DNA of 63,869 nt, the filler included, from Lama guanicoe (lineage: Eukaryota), in the NCBI GenBank assembly GCA_013239625.1. It is 196 parts of 196 records of this genome, joined end to end, with 100 filler letters (N's around TTAATTAATTAA, not from the genome) between each part and the next. Parts side by side here need not be neighbours in the genome. Positions count along the whole stretch, not along the records: positions 12,062 to 12,287 come from PNXV01042504.1; positions 12,388 to 12,613 come from PNXV01042505.1; positions 12,714 to 12,939 come from PNXV01042506.1; positions 13,040 to 13,265 come from PNXV01042507.1; positions 13,366 to 13,591 come from PNXV01042508.1; positions 13,692 to 13,917 come from PNXV01042509.1; positions 14,018 to 14,243 come from PNXV01042510.1; positions 14,344 to 14,569 come from PNXV01042511.1; 188 more parts are not named here. The stretch is one strand, 5' to 3'. The translations under genes were made by a program, and so were the position numbers. The notes beneath the pieces were generated by a model, which was given only the letters and a program-made list of their open reading frames with translations, had not been told where the DNA came from and did no database searches. Position 1 is the first letter of the stretch. Each line of letters opens with the position of its first letter. This document shows, one piece after another, positions 12,106 to 24,675 of this stretch.

Positions 12106-12235
12106 CTTTTTTGTGTGTGTGTGGTGGGGGAGGTAATTAGGTTTATTTGTTTTTTTAATGGAGGTACCAGGGATCGAACGCAGGACCTCATGCATGCTAA
12201 GCATACACTCTACCACTTGAGCTACACCTTCCCCC
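12106..12235 (-). mobile_element. tRNA-Ala-derived SINE (vic-1-like)
   Basis: Reverse complement reads ggtgtagctcaagtggtagagtgtatgcttagcatgcatgaggtcctgcgttcgatccctggtacctccattaaaa...aaataaacctaattacctcccc. Confidence 0.9.
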
Positions 12236-12517
12236 TGTAATTTCTCCATCTTGAAACCAGAGTTGGATAAAACTGATTTGGGCTGCANNNNNNNNNNNNN
12301 NNNNNNNNNNNNNNNNNNNNNNNNNNNNNNNTTAATTAATTAANNNNNNNNNNNNNNNNNNNNNNNNNNNNNNNNNNNNNNNNNNNNCAAGGGGGAGACA
12401 TTTCTTTATAGAAAATGCATATGAACACAGAATCCTACCTTAGATTTCAAGGAATTCACCAACCTCGTTAAATCCTTTCAGAATTCATGGATCTCAGTTT
12501 AATAGCAGGTGTCCGAA

Positions 12518-12613
12518 GTGATACTGTGGTTTATAATAAGAAACATATACTTGGTCTTCATTCCATTTCTGGCACAGAACTTCTAAAACCTTTTGGAGTT
12601 TCTGACAAAGATG
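12518..12613 (+). mobile_element. MER21-like LTR 5' end
   Basis: tgatactgtggtttataataagaaacatatacttggtc...tggcacagaacttctaaaacc resembles the MER21 start. Confidence 0.6.
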
Positions 12614-12713
12614 NNNNNNNNNNNNNNNNNNNNNNNNNNNNNNNNNNNNNNNNNNNNTTAATTAATTAANNNNNNNNNNNNNNNNNNNNNNNNNNNNNNN
12701 NNNNNNNNNNNNN

Positions 12714-12939
12714 CTGGGAATCCCAGCCCCTTCCCCAGACTAGTTAGACTGGTCCTTCCACTCATTAGGATAGGAAACCACCAAGCCCATAAAAACTGGC
12801 AACATGGTGCCTCGTGGCCACCGCCCTCTCTCTCTGTCCCCGTTTGGAGAAGGCGCGCATTCTGTCTATGGAGCTTGTACCTACTTTTACTTTAATCTGA
12901 GCACCCAACCCCCACACCCCGTGGCCTTTCTCTTGCCTT
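12714..12939 (+). mobile_element. Probable ERV1 LTR fragment (U3/R)
   Basis: TATA-like cccataaaaact followed by R-like text; family not identified. Confidence 0.4.
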
Positions 12940-13078
12940 NNNNNNNNNNNNNNNNNNNNNNNNNNNNNNNNNNNNNNNNNNNNTTAATTAATTAANNNNN
13001 NNNNNNNNNNNNNNNNNNNNNNNNNNNNNNNNNNNNNNNGTCGAAAACTAGTTCTTAAAAAAACAGAGAAAATTCAAG

Positions 13079-13178
13079 TGTGGAGGGTATAGCTCAGTGT
13101 TAGACCATGTGCTTGGTGTGTACAAGGTCCTGGATTCAATCTCCAGTGCTTCCATTAAGCGAAATTAAAAAAAAAAAA
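13079..13178 (+). mobile_element. Degenerate tRNA-derived SINE with polyA tail
   Basis: gggtatagctcagtg...ggtcctggattcaatctccagtgcttccattaa plus A-run; imperfect TSD acag...aattcaa on both sides. Confidence 0.85.
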
Positions 13179-14071
13179 GTACAGGGAATTCAAATTACCA
13201 AGAAAATGTATTGACATACATAAAAATGACAAAAATTCTGCTCATTAAAAAAAAGTACATAAAAGNNNNNNNNNNNNNNNNNNNNNNNNNNNNNNNNNNN
13301 NNNNNNNNNTTAATTAATTAANNNNNNNNNNNNNNNNNNNNNNNNNNNNNNNNNNNNNNNNNNNNCCTGTGCCCCAGTCTGTGTGCTGGGGAACAGAGCA
13401 GGAAGCAAAGCCAACGGAACCTCTGCTTCCATAGGTCTGCAGTCGAGCTTAGTGTGTTTCCGTTTCGGAGCATCACTTGTATTCATAGACTAAAATACTC
13501 TAGGTGGGCAGTTTCCAGATGCGGGACCTAGTCTTTCAGGTATAACACCTGCGGCTACTTCCCCTGGTTTCTAAATGAGGAATCAGTCCCCNNNNNNNNN
13601 NNNNNNNNNNNNNNNNNNNNNNNNNNNNNNNNNNNTTAATTAATTAANNNNNNNNNNNNNNNNNNNNNNNNNNNNNNNNNNNNNNNNNNNNACCCTACAG
13701 CATTCAGTTTAGTAGCCACTTCCCCAGTGAGACACCCCTCGTCACCAACTCCAACCCTTGCACTGCCAAGTCAGAGGATCCCCCTCTTCTTCACATAACT
13801 TAAGAAGAACTGTGTATAGAAATTCTCTTTATCAATTTCTCTTCCAATAAGCTTCTTAAAGTCAAGAATTTTTTTTCTTTAATGCCCAGTATCTAACAAA
13901 AATCTCTCAATAAACAANNNNNNNNNNNNNNNNNNNNNNNNNNNNNNNNNNNNNNNNNNNNTTAATTAATTAANNNNNNNNNNNNNNNNNNNNNNNNNNN
14001 NNNNNNNNNNNNNNNNNAAAAAAATGGCTCAAACCCTCTTTCTATGATATAATGGGGAAAACAAACTTTAC

Positions 14072-14165
14072 CATTATCCTATAGATTTTGATGATACGTT
14101 CGAGAACCCCTGTTGCAAGATTATGAGCTGCAGAGACAATGTCCAAAACTTGTTTTGTAATAGCT
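14072..14165 (-). CDS. Candidate 94-nt internal exon, unidentified helical protein
   Basis: Acceptor tttgtgctgttcctctgtag|, open frame AITKQVLDIVSAAHNLATGVLERIIKIYRIM, donor ATG|GTAAAG; the other two frames are closed. Confidence 0.4.
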
Positions 14166-15321
14166 CTACAGAGGAACAGCACAAACCGAGTTTTCCAAAG
14201 TAAGGGTGGAACAGCTTCATTTCTAATCATCAGACTCTTGTACNNNNNNNNNNNNNNNNNNNNNNNNNNNNNNNNNNNNNNNNNNNNTTAATTAATTAAN
14301 NNNNNNNNNNNNNNNNNNNNNNNNNNNNNNNNNNNNNNNNNNNCCATTTTTTGAAATACCTTTTAAAATGTACTTCAAAGCAACCACCTTGCGCTAGCAA
14401 CATTCTATCATGAAACCTTTGTCCAACACTCTAACTTAATTAGATTTCCTACCTTCTAGATTATCCAAGGCCGTAGTTTTAAACTCCACATATCTCACCA
14501 CATCCAATAAAGTTTGCCAGTTCTTCAACTTCTTACAACGGTTGCATCACTGTCACTCCTACCAAAAGCNNNNNNNNNNNNNNNNNNNNNNNNNNNNNNN
14601 NNNNNNNNNNNNNTTAATTAATTAANNNNNNNNNNNNNNNNNNNNNNNNNNNNNNNNNNNNNNNNNNNNAAGCTTCTGGGATTACCGATCCCTGAAATGC
14701 AGGTGACTCTTGATGATATTCTAGGGGATGATTTACATGATCAGATTCTTCCAGTCCTGTAAATGGGTCCCCAGCCCCAGGAGAACTGGTCATAAGGGCC
14801 CTATCGTGAGGGGTGGGATGGGAATTCAAGGTGTAAGAGCTGGAACCACTGAGATTCCACACTCACTAAACACAGACTCCAGAGCCTAATTGTTGNNNNN
14901 NNNNNNNNNNNNNNNNNNNNNNNNNNNNNNNNNNNNNNNTTAATTAATTAANNNNNNNNNNNNNNNNNNNNNNNNNNNNNNNNNNNNNNNNNNNNGGACA
15001 GAACAGCCTAAACCCCTAGGGGTAAGAGAGGCGTTTCCTCTCTGTTTCTCCAATTGAAAGGTGGTTCGCCCCCCAGGGTAGTACTTGAGAGCGTTTATTT
15101 GAGGCTGACCCTCACCCACTGAAGAGCCTTCCTGTGTGTTTTCCCGCTGTGTAAGTTCCACTTCCTGGCACGAAAACCAGAACTCACTTTTCCCGCCTAG
15201 CAGCTGCTCACAGTGTGCATCNNNNNNNNNNNNNNNNNNNNNNNNNNNNNNNNNNNNNNNNNNNNTTAATTAATTAANNNNNNNNNNNNNNNNNNNNNNN
15301 NNNNNNNNNNNNNNNNNNNNN

Positions 15322-15547
15322 GCTACTATAAGATATATAGTTCCTTGTGCTATACAGTATAAACTCGTTTATCTATTTTATATATACTAGACAGTATCTG
15401 CAAATCTCGAACTCTCTATTTATCCCTTCCCACCTCCTTCCCCGCTGGTAACTATAAGTTTGTTTCTATGTCTGTGAATCTGTTTGTTTTTTATGTAAGT
15501 TCATTTGTCTTTTTTTTATTTTTAGATTCCACATATAAGTGATATCA
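15322..15547 (-). mobile_element. LINE-1 3'UTR
   Basis: tgtgctatacagta...tttatctattttatatata...ctggtaactataagtttg...ttagattccacatataagtgatatc; same family as 52528 and 57758. Confidence 0.88.
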
Positions 15548-17929
15548 NNNNNNNNNNNNNNNNNNNNNNNNNNNNNNNNNNNNNNNNNNNNTTAATTAAT
15601 TAANNNNNNNNNNNNNNNNNNNNNNNNNNNNNNNNNNNNNNNNNNNNTGGCATACGTGCTACATCAATGATGAGTGAGAAACCTGAGCTTACAGATAAAG
15701 AGTACACTGTACTGCTACTGCACCTTTTCTGTATGTTTAAAATTATTGGAAAGTAAATAATTTTTTAAAATTAACCATGTCAAAATCATTACAGAAAAGC
15801 AGAGAAAACATCAAACTTCACTACAGAGCCCAAGCCTTCTCCAGTTCCAGTTGATCCAAAATGGTTAAGCTGANNNNNNNNNNNNNNNNNNNNNNNNNNN
15901 NNNNNNNNNNNNNNNNNTTAATTAATTAANNNNNNNNNNNNNNNNNNNNNNNNNNNNNNNNNNNNNNNNNNNNTTCATAGGGTTTTTGTGAAGATTAAAT
16001 TAATGACACATGAAAGATAGTTATAATAGTGTTTTAGTGTTACACTAATTGCTCAAAAAAAGTAGTAGTAGTTATAGTAGTATTGAAGTTGAAATGTAGA
16101 AGCATTTTAAGTCTAATTTTACATCTTTCTCCCATTTCTGCCTTTAAGTTCAGCACTGATGATTTAGGTTCAGTAAAACAGAATTATCTGCTACAGCAAN
16201 NNNNNNNNNNNNNNNNNNNNNNNNNNNNNNNNNNNNNNNNNNNTTAATTAATTAANNNNNNNNNNNNNNNNNNNNNNNNNNNNNNNNNNNNNNNNNNNNG
16301 GCTGGTGTGCCCTGGGGGGAGGGGCACCATAGCCTTTGTCTCCTCAGAACCGTGGGGCCATTACTGGAGCTACTCAGGAGAAGAGAGGCAGGGTGCAGCC
16401 ACAGCTGCCAAAGCCTCCTGTGCACAGTGCACGGGTGGGGCTGAGACCTGAATCCACACCTGGGGGCTCCACAACATCCTGGGCAGGACTGAGACTTGTT
16501 TACAGCTGGAGGCAGATAGGATCTTNNNNNNNNNNNNNNNNNNNNNNNNNNNNNNNNNNNNNNNNNNNNTTAATTAATTAANNNNNNNNNNNNNNNNNNN
16601 NNNNNNNNNNNNNNNNNNNNNNNNNAAGTTCATCTTTCAGCCGACGTGCAGTCACAGTAAACAGAGGGCTGGACGTTCGGTAAGACCTTGCACATTACAC
16701 TTTGCCGTTACTTTTTGTTCTTTTCATTGGGAAGTTCAAGTCGCCCACTGCTGCCATTCCCCTCCTCAGAGAACTTGCACTCAAACTGGAGACACGGGGC
16801 TGTGGTGTATCAGGTAGCAAAACAGAGCTGGAGGGGAGACAAAATGAAGTGNNNNNNNNNNNNNNNNNNNNNNNNNNNNNNNNNNNNNNNNNNNNTTAAT
16901 TAATTAANNNNNNNNNNNNNNNNNNNNNNNNNNNNNNNNNNNNNNNNNNNNAACTCTGGAGTACTGCTTTCCCTGATTTTATGCTTCCGAAATAGTTATT
17001 GTGGAAAAATTATAATATATTAAAATTGATTAAAAAGAATAAAGACCTGTGGAAGAAATGTGGTCCTTCAGTCAAAAGAAACTGAATTCTTCTATAATCG
17101 ATAACATTGTATTTTAATTTTCCCACTGGCATAATAGGGATTAAATGGCCCTAAGGCATTAAAAGTATTAAAATGGTNNNNNNNNNNNNNNNNNNNNNNN
17201 NNNNNNNNNNNNNNNNNNNNNTTAATTAATTAANNNNNNNNNNNNNNNNNNNNNNNNNNNNNNNNNNNNNNNNNNNNCTGAGAAAAAATGAGGGAACTGC
17301 CTTAAGTGGTTTGTGACAGTGGGATGAATTTGACGATGTGCTGGTGGAGGTTTAGTGACTCACGTGAAAGAGACAGCAAAGACAGGGGCTTGAGATTCTG
17401 TCTGGAATCTTAGCAGAAGATTCAATTTTATTGCATTGAGTATGAAGAAGTAGCCAAAGAGAAATTTCAAATATAAATAGGAGCTAGATGATAAATAATA
17501 TCTNNNNNNNNNNNNNNNNNNNNNNNNNNNNNNNNNNNNNNNNNNNNTTAATTAATTAANNNNNNNNNNNNNNNNNNNNNNNNNNNNNNNNNNNNNNNNN
17601 NNNTCCTCCACCCCACAGGGTCTAGGGTGCCAGCAGGTGCTTCCTCACCCCCTCCCCCAGCAGCAACGAGGCAGATTGAGGTGTCTCAGTGGTGATACTG
17701 AGCCCTGCAATACAACTAGGACATGGGGAAAGACATAGATGTTTTTATTAAAGAGAATGCACAGAAGACAAACACATGAGAAGATGGTCATTTGCCATTA
17801 GGAAACTGCAAATTAAAATCACAATCAGANNNNNNNNNNNNNNNNNNNNNNNNNNNNNNNNNNNNNNNNNNNNTTAATTAATTAANNNNNNNNNNNNNNN
17901 NNNNNNNNNNNNNNNNNNNNNNNNNNNNN

Positions 17930-18155
17930 TTTAGGGAAACACTTCCAATCTTTTACCATTAAGTATGATGTTAGTTGTGGGTTATTCATAGATGCCCTTT
18001 ATCAAGTTGAGGAAGTTCCCTTTTACTCCTAGTTTACAGTATTTTACCACGAAAAGATGCTGGATTTTGTTAAATGCTTCCTCTGTTTATATCAAGATTA
18101 TTTTTAGAATTTGTTTTTTGTCCTTTCTTCTAATAATATGGCATATTACATTGTT
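17930..18155 (-). mobile_element. L1M ORF2 fragment
   Basis: accattaagtatgatgttag...gatgccctttatcaagttgaggaagttccc is a typical antisense L1M ORF2 signature. Confidence 0.85.
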
Positions 18156-18581
18156 NNNNNNNNNNNNNNNNNNNNNNNNNNNNNNNNNNNNNNNNNNNNT
18201 TAATTAATTAANNNNNNNNNNNNNNNNNNNNNNNNNNNNNNNNNNNNNNNNNNNNACATACTGTTTAAATAATCTAAAATTTTACTATAATCAAAACTAT
18301 TTTTCTGTCAATAATTTTCCAAAAACAAAGTTTGATGAACTTATATTATGAATTAAATGATTTAATCAACCCCTCACCTCTATACATGTATGTAATTTCT
18401 TTTGAAATAAAAACTAGCTACATTTTTTTAAAGTATGTGATATGTATAATTCTTCCAATAGTGAAAAATGAATTTGTTGGGNNNNNNNNNNNNNNNNNNN
18501 NNNNNNNNNNNNNNNNNNNNNNNNNTTAATTAATTAANNNNNNNNNNNNNNNNNNNNNNNNNNNNNNNNNNNNNNNNNNNN

Positions 18582-18676
18582 TGACAATCTGCAGGTTCAT
18601 GACGTTGCTACAAATGGCATTATTTTATTCTTTTTTATGGCTGCATATTATTTCATTATATATATATATACATGTT

Positions 18677-18707
<31 letters not shown>

Positions 18708-18807
18708 GTGTATATACACATACACATACATACCACAATGTCTTTATCCAGTCATCTGCCAATGGACATTTAGGTTGTTTTTTGACTATCACCATTCTCA
18801 TAATTAT
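18582..18807 (-). mobile_element. LINE-1 3' region containing (TA)n/(CA)n microsatellite
   Basis: gttgctacaaatggcattattttattcttttttatggctg...tctttatccagtcatctg..aatggacatttaggttg. Confidence 0.85.
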
Positions 18808-18971
18808 NNNNNNNNNNNNNNNNNNNNNNNNNNNNNNNNNNNNNNNNNNNNTTAATTAATTAANNNNNNNNNNNNNNNNNNNNNNNNNNNNNNNNNNNNN
18901 NNNNNNNTTTTTACATCTAAAATAATTATTAAATACAGTATAAATTCAACATGATTATAAATTTAAAAGGG

Positions 18972-19133
18972 GATATACAAACTATTGTATATAAAATAGA
19001 TAAGCAACCAGGATTTACTGTGCATCATGGAGAATTAGACCCAATATCTTGTAATAATGTATAACGGAGTATAATCTGCAAAAGCACCAAGTCATTATGC
19101 TGTACACCTGAAACTAACACAATATTGTAAATC
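18972..19133 (+). mobile_element. LINE-1 3'UTR
   Basis: tatataaaatagataagcaacc...tgctgtacacctgaaactaacacaatattgtaaatc. Confidence 0.85.
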
Positions 19134-20211
19134 NNNNNNNNNNNNNNNNNNNNNNNNNNNNNNNNNNNNNNNNNNNNTTAATTAATTAANNNNNNNNNNN
19201 NNNNNNNNNNNNNNNNNNNNNNNNNNNNNNNNNCTCTAGCCCGCAAGACGCTAGGTCAAGAGTGGACGACAAGTTTATTTCTAGCAGTCAATTTATATGA
19301 TTTTAACCCATTAGCTCATACATTTCTGCACGTAGGCAACGGTATTGTTTTCAGGTACATAGACAACGTATACTAAAATCATTAACTTAAAGACATCATT
19401 ATTATTTACTGTTCCCAATAAACTAAGATTAACTGTTCCCGAAACCAAGATCATAAACTNNNNNNNNNNNNNNNNNNNNNNNNNNNNNNNNNNNNNNNNN
19501 NNNTTAATTAATTAANNNNNNNNNNNNNNNNNNNNNNNNNNNNNNNNNNNNNNNNNNNNTCGTCCATAACCGTGGTGGACGATCAGAGGCAGGAAATGTG
19601 CCTCCTGGGAAAAAGAAGGGGGTATTTTTTCACCCCGTTAAAGGTAAGATAAAGGGATCTCTAATATTCCTGCCAGCTCCACAATCTGTAATTCCAAGGA
19701 AGCTAATTCTTTTGGGGGAAGAAAGGACCTGAGGAAGGTAAAGGCACACACATAGGTAGGAGGTGTTTCTAAGCAGGGCTCAGAGNNNNNNNNNNNNNNN
19801 NNNNNNNNNNNNNNNNNNNNNNNNNNNNNTTAATTAATTAANNNNNNNNNNNNNNNNNNNNNNNNNNNNNNNNNNNNNNNNNNNNTACCCAGCATCATTG
19901 GTCACAGAGTTTGATGTGAATCAAATGACTCCATCAGATGTCAACCATGAGGAGGGATAAATGACAGCCCTCTGGGCGCCAAGCTAATTGTTGGCTCCCT
20001 CGAACAACCTGGGGGTTCACAGGCAGCACTTGACTTTCAAGTCGTCAAAAGGTGTGAGCCTTAGTCCTTCAGGCCAGAGCCTGCTGCTTTGCTTTCAGTC
20101 CTCCTCCCAGANNNNNNNNNNNNNNNNNNNNNNNNNNNNNNNNNNNNNNNNNNNNTTAATTAATTAANNNNNNNNNNNNNNNNNNNNNNNNNNNNNNNNN
20201 NNNNNNNNNNN

Positions 20212-20397
20212 AAATCAAAACTGCAGTGAGATATCACCTCACACCAGTCAGAATGGCCATATTAAAAAGCCTACAAACATTAAATGCTGGAGAGGGTGTA
20301 GAGAAATGGAAACCCTCCTACACTGCTGGTGGGAACGTAGTTTGGTGCGGCCACTATGGAAAAGAGTATGGAGATTCCTTAAAAAACAAAAAACAGA
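20212..20397 (+). mobile_element. LINE-1 ORF2 fragment (host of a nested insertion)
   Basis: [15 protein letters not shown]...[18 protein letters not shown] translation. Confidence 0.9.
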
Positions 20398-20437
20398 GAC
20401 TTCCGGGCAAGATGGCGGAGTAGAAGGACGCTTGTAA
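20398..20437 (+). mobile_element. LINE-1 5' terminus with YY1 site, inserted in another L1
   Basis: gacttccgggcaagatggcggagtagaaggacg; CAAGATGGCGG YY1 core at 20408-20418. Confidence 0.65.
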
Positions 20438-21515
20438 NNNNNNNNNNNNNNNNNNNNNNNNNNNNNNNNNNNNNNNNNNNNTTAATTAATTAANNNNNNN
20501 NNNNNNNNNNNNNNNNNNNNNNNNNNNNNNNNNNNNNATTTCCAACTTTTAAAAACGACTTACAGAATTTCTTTTGGTAAAGTTCTCCTGAATATCCAGA
20601 ACAATTTTCAATGATTTTTTTAAAAATTTCCCTTTATTAAATATATTTAAAATCAGAATCACCAGTTTTTTATGAGAATGTACATTTTATTTTCTTCATA
20701 TGTTTTGATACCCAGGGAAGGGTAGGTATTATTGAGAAATCAAAGAGAACCATGGTTTCCTTTNNNNNNNNNNNNNNNNNNNNNNNNNNNNNNNNNNNNN
20801 NNNNNNNTTAATTAATTAANNNNNNNNNNNNNNNNNNNNNNNNNNNNNNNNNNNNNNNNNNNNGCTGGGCTGGTTTGCTGAGGAACAGCCATGGTGCTAC
20901 GGGATGGAAACACGATGGAAATGTGTCTGTCATCACATGAATGAAGACAACCTGGAATGGCAGTCAGAACGCTACTGGCAAAGAAAACACAGACAGGTGG
21001 CTCCAACAAGAAAGGCAAACAGCCTGTGGCAACAGGACCTGCTAGACTGTGAAAGAAAGACCCTTTGGCCCCACTGGTTTAGCTGTGTCNNNNNNNNNNN
21101 NNNNNNNNNNNNNNNNNNNNNNNNNNNNNNNNNTTAATTAATTAANNNNNNNNNNNNNNNNNNNNNNNNNNNNNNNNNNNNNNNNNNNNATATATATATA
21201 TATATAATTATACAGACTAAACTCACAATTAAAAGACATTTCTATGGAATAAGTAGGTATATTCCAGGTGCTGTCCATGGGGACCACTGGTGGTTGGGAG
21301 TCTCTGGACGTATTCTTGGAATCTTGCAAGGAGAGTTTCCTTAATAAAGGAGTGTATACATTACTTGCCTTTGAAAAATACCCATTTCTAGACTGTTGTT
21401 CTCAAATGCCATTCTNNNNNNNNNNNNNNNNNNNNNNNNNNNNNNNNNNNNNNNNNNNNTTAATTAATTAANNNNNNNNNNNNNNNNNNNNNNNNNNNNN
21501 NNNNNNNNNNNNNNN

Positions 21516-21741
21516 TCCTGTATGGTACAGGGGCTGGTATCTACCCACTGATGGGTGGGGCTGGATGCTGGGTGTCTGGCTGTGGGACCAGGGGTCCTGG
21601 AGTGGGTGCTGCCTGGCTGGCAGGAGGCGCCAGGGTCTTTCTAGTGGTCAGGGCTGGGCAGGGCAGCTGGAGGCTCAGGGGGCTCTGTGCACCTGGCTTG
21701 CTGGTGGATGTGGCTGTGTCCCTGCTTGGCCTGTGGCATCC
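21516..21741 (-). mobile_element. Probable LINE-1 5'UTR fragment
   Basis: G-rich antisense text (ctggcttgctggtggatgtggctgtgtccctg...ggcctgtggcatcc) resembling laurasiatherian L1 5'UTR. Confidence 0.5.
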
Positions 21742-24449
21742 NNNNNNNNNNNNNNNNNNNNNNNNNNNNNNNNNNNNNNNNNNNNTTAATTAATTAANNN
21801 NNNNNNNNNNNNNNNNNNNNNNNNNNNNNNNNNNNNNNNNNTTTATATTTCAAAATCACTGTCTACCTAAAAATGGGTACGAATTGACCTGCATTTTTTT
21901 CTAACCTGTTTTTTTAAAGAAAGAAATAGAAGTTGAATATAGTAGATCTAGGTAGGTCTAATTGGCAGTTATCATACTAATTTCAGTCTTTTATTATACA
22001 AAAAGTTAACTACATATCCAAGAAATAAAAGAAATGAAAGAATGGAAATAATCATGGTGAAATTCTTNNNNNNNNNNNNNNNNNNNNNNNNNNNNNNNNN
22101 NNNNNNNNNNNTTAATTAATTAANNNNNNNNNNNNNNNNNNNNNNNNNNNNNNNNNNNNNNNNNNNNCTCCTATTCTCTGCCAGAAAAACACATCCTCCT
22201 CTAGGGTCAGCCGCTGCGGGAGCCTCCCTGACCTCACTTACACACCTCCGTCACTGCACCGCGCCCAGCAGTAGAGACTTGCCACACATACCCCATGGCC
22301 CACAGGCTGGCCTGGGGACTGCTGGAACCAGGGATGAGAGAGGTGGCTGGTGACAATGACATGCAGCTCATACAGACCCACCCCAATAGACACNNNNNNN
22401 NNNNNNNNNNNNNNNNNNNNNNNNNNNNNNNNNNNNNTTAATTAATTAANNNNNNNNNNNNNNNNNNNNNNNNNNNNNNNNNNNNNNNNNNNNCGCCTAA
22501 ATCAATTCGTATCTCACTTCTTCAAAACAATCAAACAAATTTTATAAGGGCGCATTTGTCGCCAAATATACAGAGGACCAAACAAGTTCCTCAAAGCAAG
22601 GATTTTAACAGGTATCAAACACCGGTGTGTGATGTGATAACAAAGCAAATATTCCAAAAGTTAGAAAATAAAAAGATGACTAGGATAATACATGGATCAA
22701 GCCAGCTGTTAAGTTTTTGNNNNNNNNNNNNNNNNNNNNNNNNNNNNNNNNNNNNNNNNNNNNTTAATTAATTAANNNNNNNNNNNNNNNNNNNNNNNNN
22801 NNNNNNNNNNNNNNNNNNNAACTCTGGGCCTGCGCAGAATCAGAATGCAATGTTCACAGATTTTCTTCCAGGTGACACTTGAGCTGCATGGGGGACACTC
22901 TCAGGGCCGGCTGTCTCACTTGTCCCTGTCCCTGTCCCTTTCCCTGGCCACTGTGCTGGTCCTATATCATCCCTTCCAAGCCTCTGGTAGACTGCTAATT
23001 CCTGGCATTGCTTAAACCCCCTTCATTAGGCTTTGGGATATCAGANNNNNNNNNNNNNNNNNNNNNNNNNNNNNNNNNNNNNNNNNNNNTTAATTAATTA
23101 ANNNNNNNNNNNNNNNNNNNNNNNNNNNNNNNNNNNNNNNNNNNNCTGTGCGTGGTCCTCTGCCCTCCACGGCACATCCCTTCTTCCCCTGCCCGCCTGC
23201 CCAGCACTCGTGGGGAGCGAGTGACCGACTGAGCAGCCTGGCCCGCCCAACCTTCTTGCTAGAATTCTTGCTTCAAGAAATGTAATTAACAGACAGGAAA
23301 ACGCAGCCACCATTCAGTGCGTAGGTGGCCTCTAGAAGCTGAAAATTCTTTGGGCCACCCCGGTGCCATCANNNNNNNNNNNNNNNNNNNNNNNNNNNNN
23401 NNNNNNNNNNNNNNNTTAATTAATTAANNNNNNNNNNNNNNNNNNNNNNNNNNNNNNNNNNNNNNNNNNNNAGGCTTCGCTTATTGGGGGTCTCTATGCC
23501 CAGATCCCTCTTCAGTCACTTGGTGTACGCTGTCCCCTACAATCTCTGCCACAACTCTAAGAAGCAGGTGGAAGTTCCATGTAATATACTAAGAAACGGA
23601 AACTCCAATGTTAGATAATTTGCATAAGTCACACTTTTTGTGAGGCCACACGGTCCCCCAGGCCCCTCTGACTTGCCTGCTCTGCCCTGGGCCCTGCNNN
23701 NNNNNNNNNNNNNNNNNNNNNNNNNNNNNNNNNNNNNNNNNTTAATTAATTAANNNNNNNNNNNNNNNNNNNNNNNNNNNNNNNNNNNNNNNNNNNNTCT
23801 TTGTAGTTTATTGCAATATTTTTTCCTTTCCAGAAAACTCCAGATCTTTAGCTCTCAGCAACAGACCACCTAGTCATGTGCTATGATTAACCGATTCCCA
23901 GGAAATGGAGAATTTCGTCTAGGCTCAGGTTGTCTTTTCGCCCTTATAGCAAACCATCCCTGATCAATAAATATGTAGAAATGACTGAATTACCCTACAC
24001 ATAATACTGCTCTCCAAATAAACNNNNNNNNNNNNNNNNNNNNNNNNNNNNNNNNNNNNNNNNNNNNTTAATTAATTAANNNNNNNNNNNNNNNNNNNNN
24101 NNNNNNNNNNNNNNNNNNNNNNNTTATTTGGAAATATACCAGATCAGGGCAAAGGCTATGAAAATTCAGTTCTCAGAAAAGAAAATGCAGATGGTTCCTA
24201 AACGTATGAAAGTGCTAAACTCACTAATAATGTAAATATAAAATAAAACTACACTGTAATGCCATTTTCTTGCCTGTGGAATTAAGGATTAAAATATTAG
24301 ATGTGTTAGACAATACCTTGCATTAGTGAGACTGTGAGGAAATAGACCTNNNNNNNNNNNNNNNNNNNNNNNNNNNNNNNNNNNNNNNNNNNNTTAATTA
24401 ATTAANNNNNNNNNNNNNNNNNNNNNNNNNNNNNNNNNNNNNNNNNNNN

Positions 24450-24675
24450 GGTCTTACTGAGGACTCTAGACCTGGAGACAGCCTCTCAGATAGCTCTGAG
24501 GAACTGCTCCAAACAGGTATGGGGGAAGGCTAGCTTGCAATTTTGTTTTTGGGGAATACATGCATTAGCATACATCTTGATGAAAACTTACTGCTGGTCA
24601 CAAAGAACAGGAATGATCAAGCTAAAGATCGTGATGTTTTTCCGTGTGTGGGAAGATGCAAGAAGAGGGGGTAAT
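24450..24675. mobile_element. ERV1-type LTR fragment
   Basis: ttactgaggact...ggagacagcctctcagatagctctgaggaactgctccaaa motif recalled from mammalian ERV1 LTRs. Confidence 0.5.
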
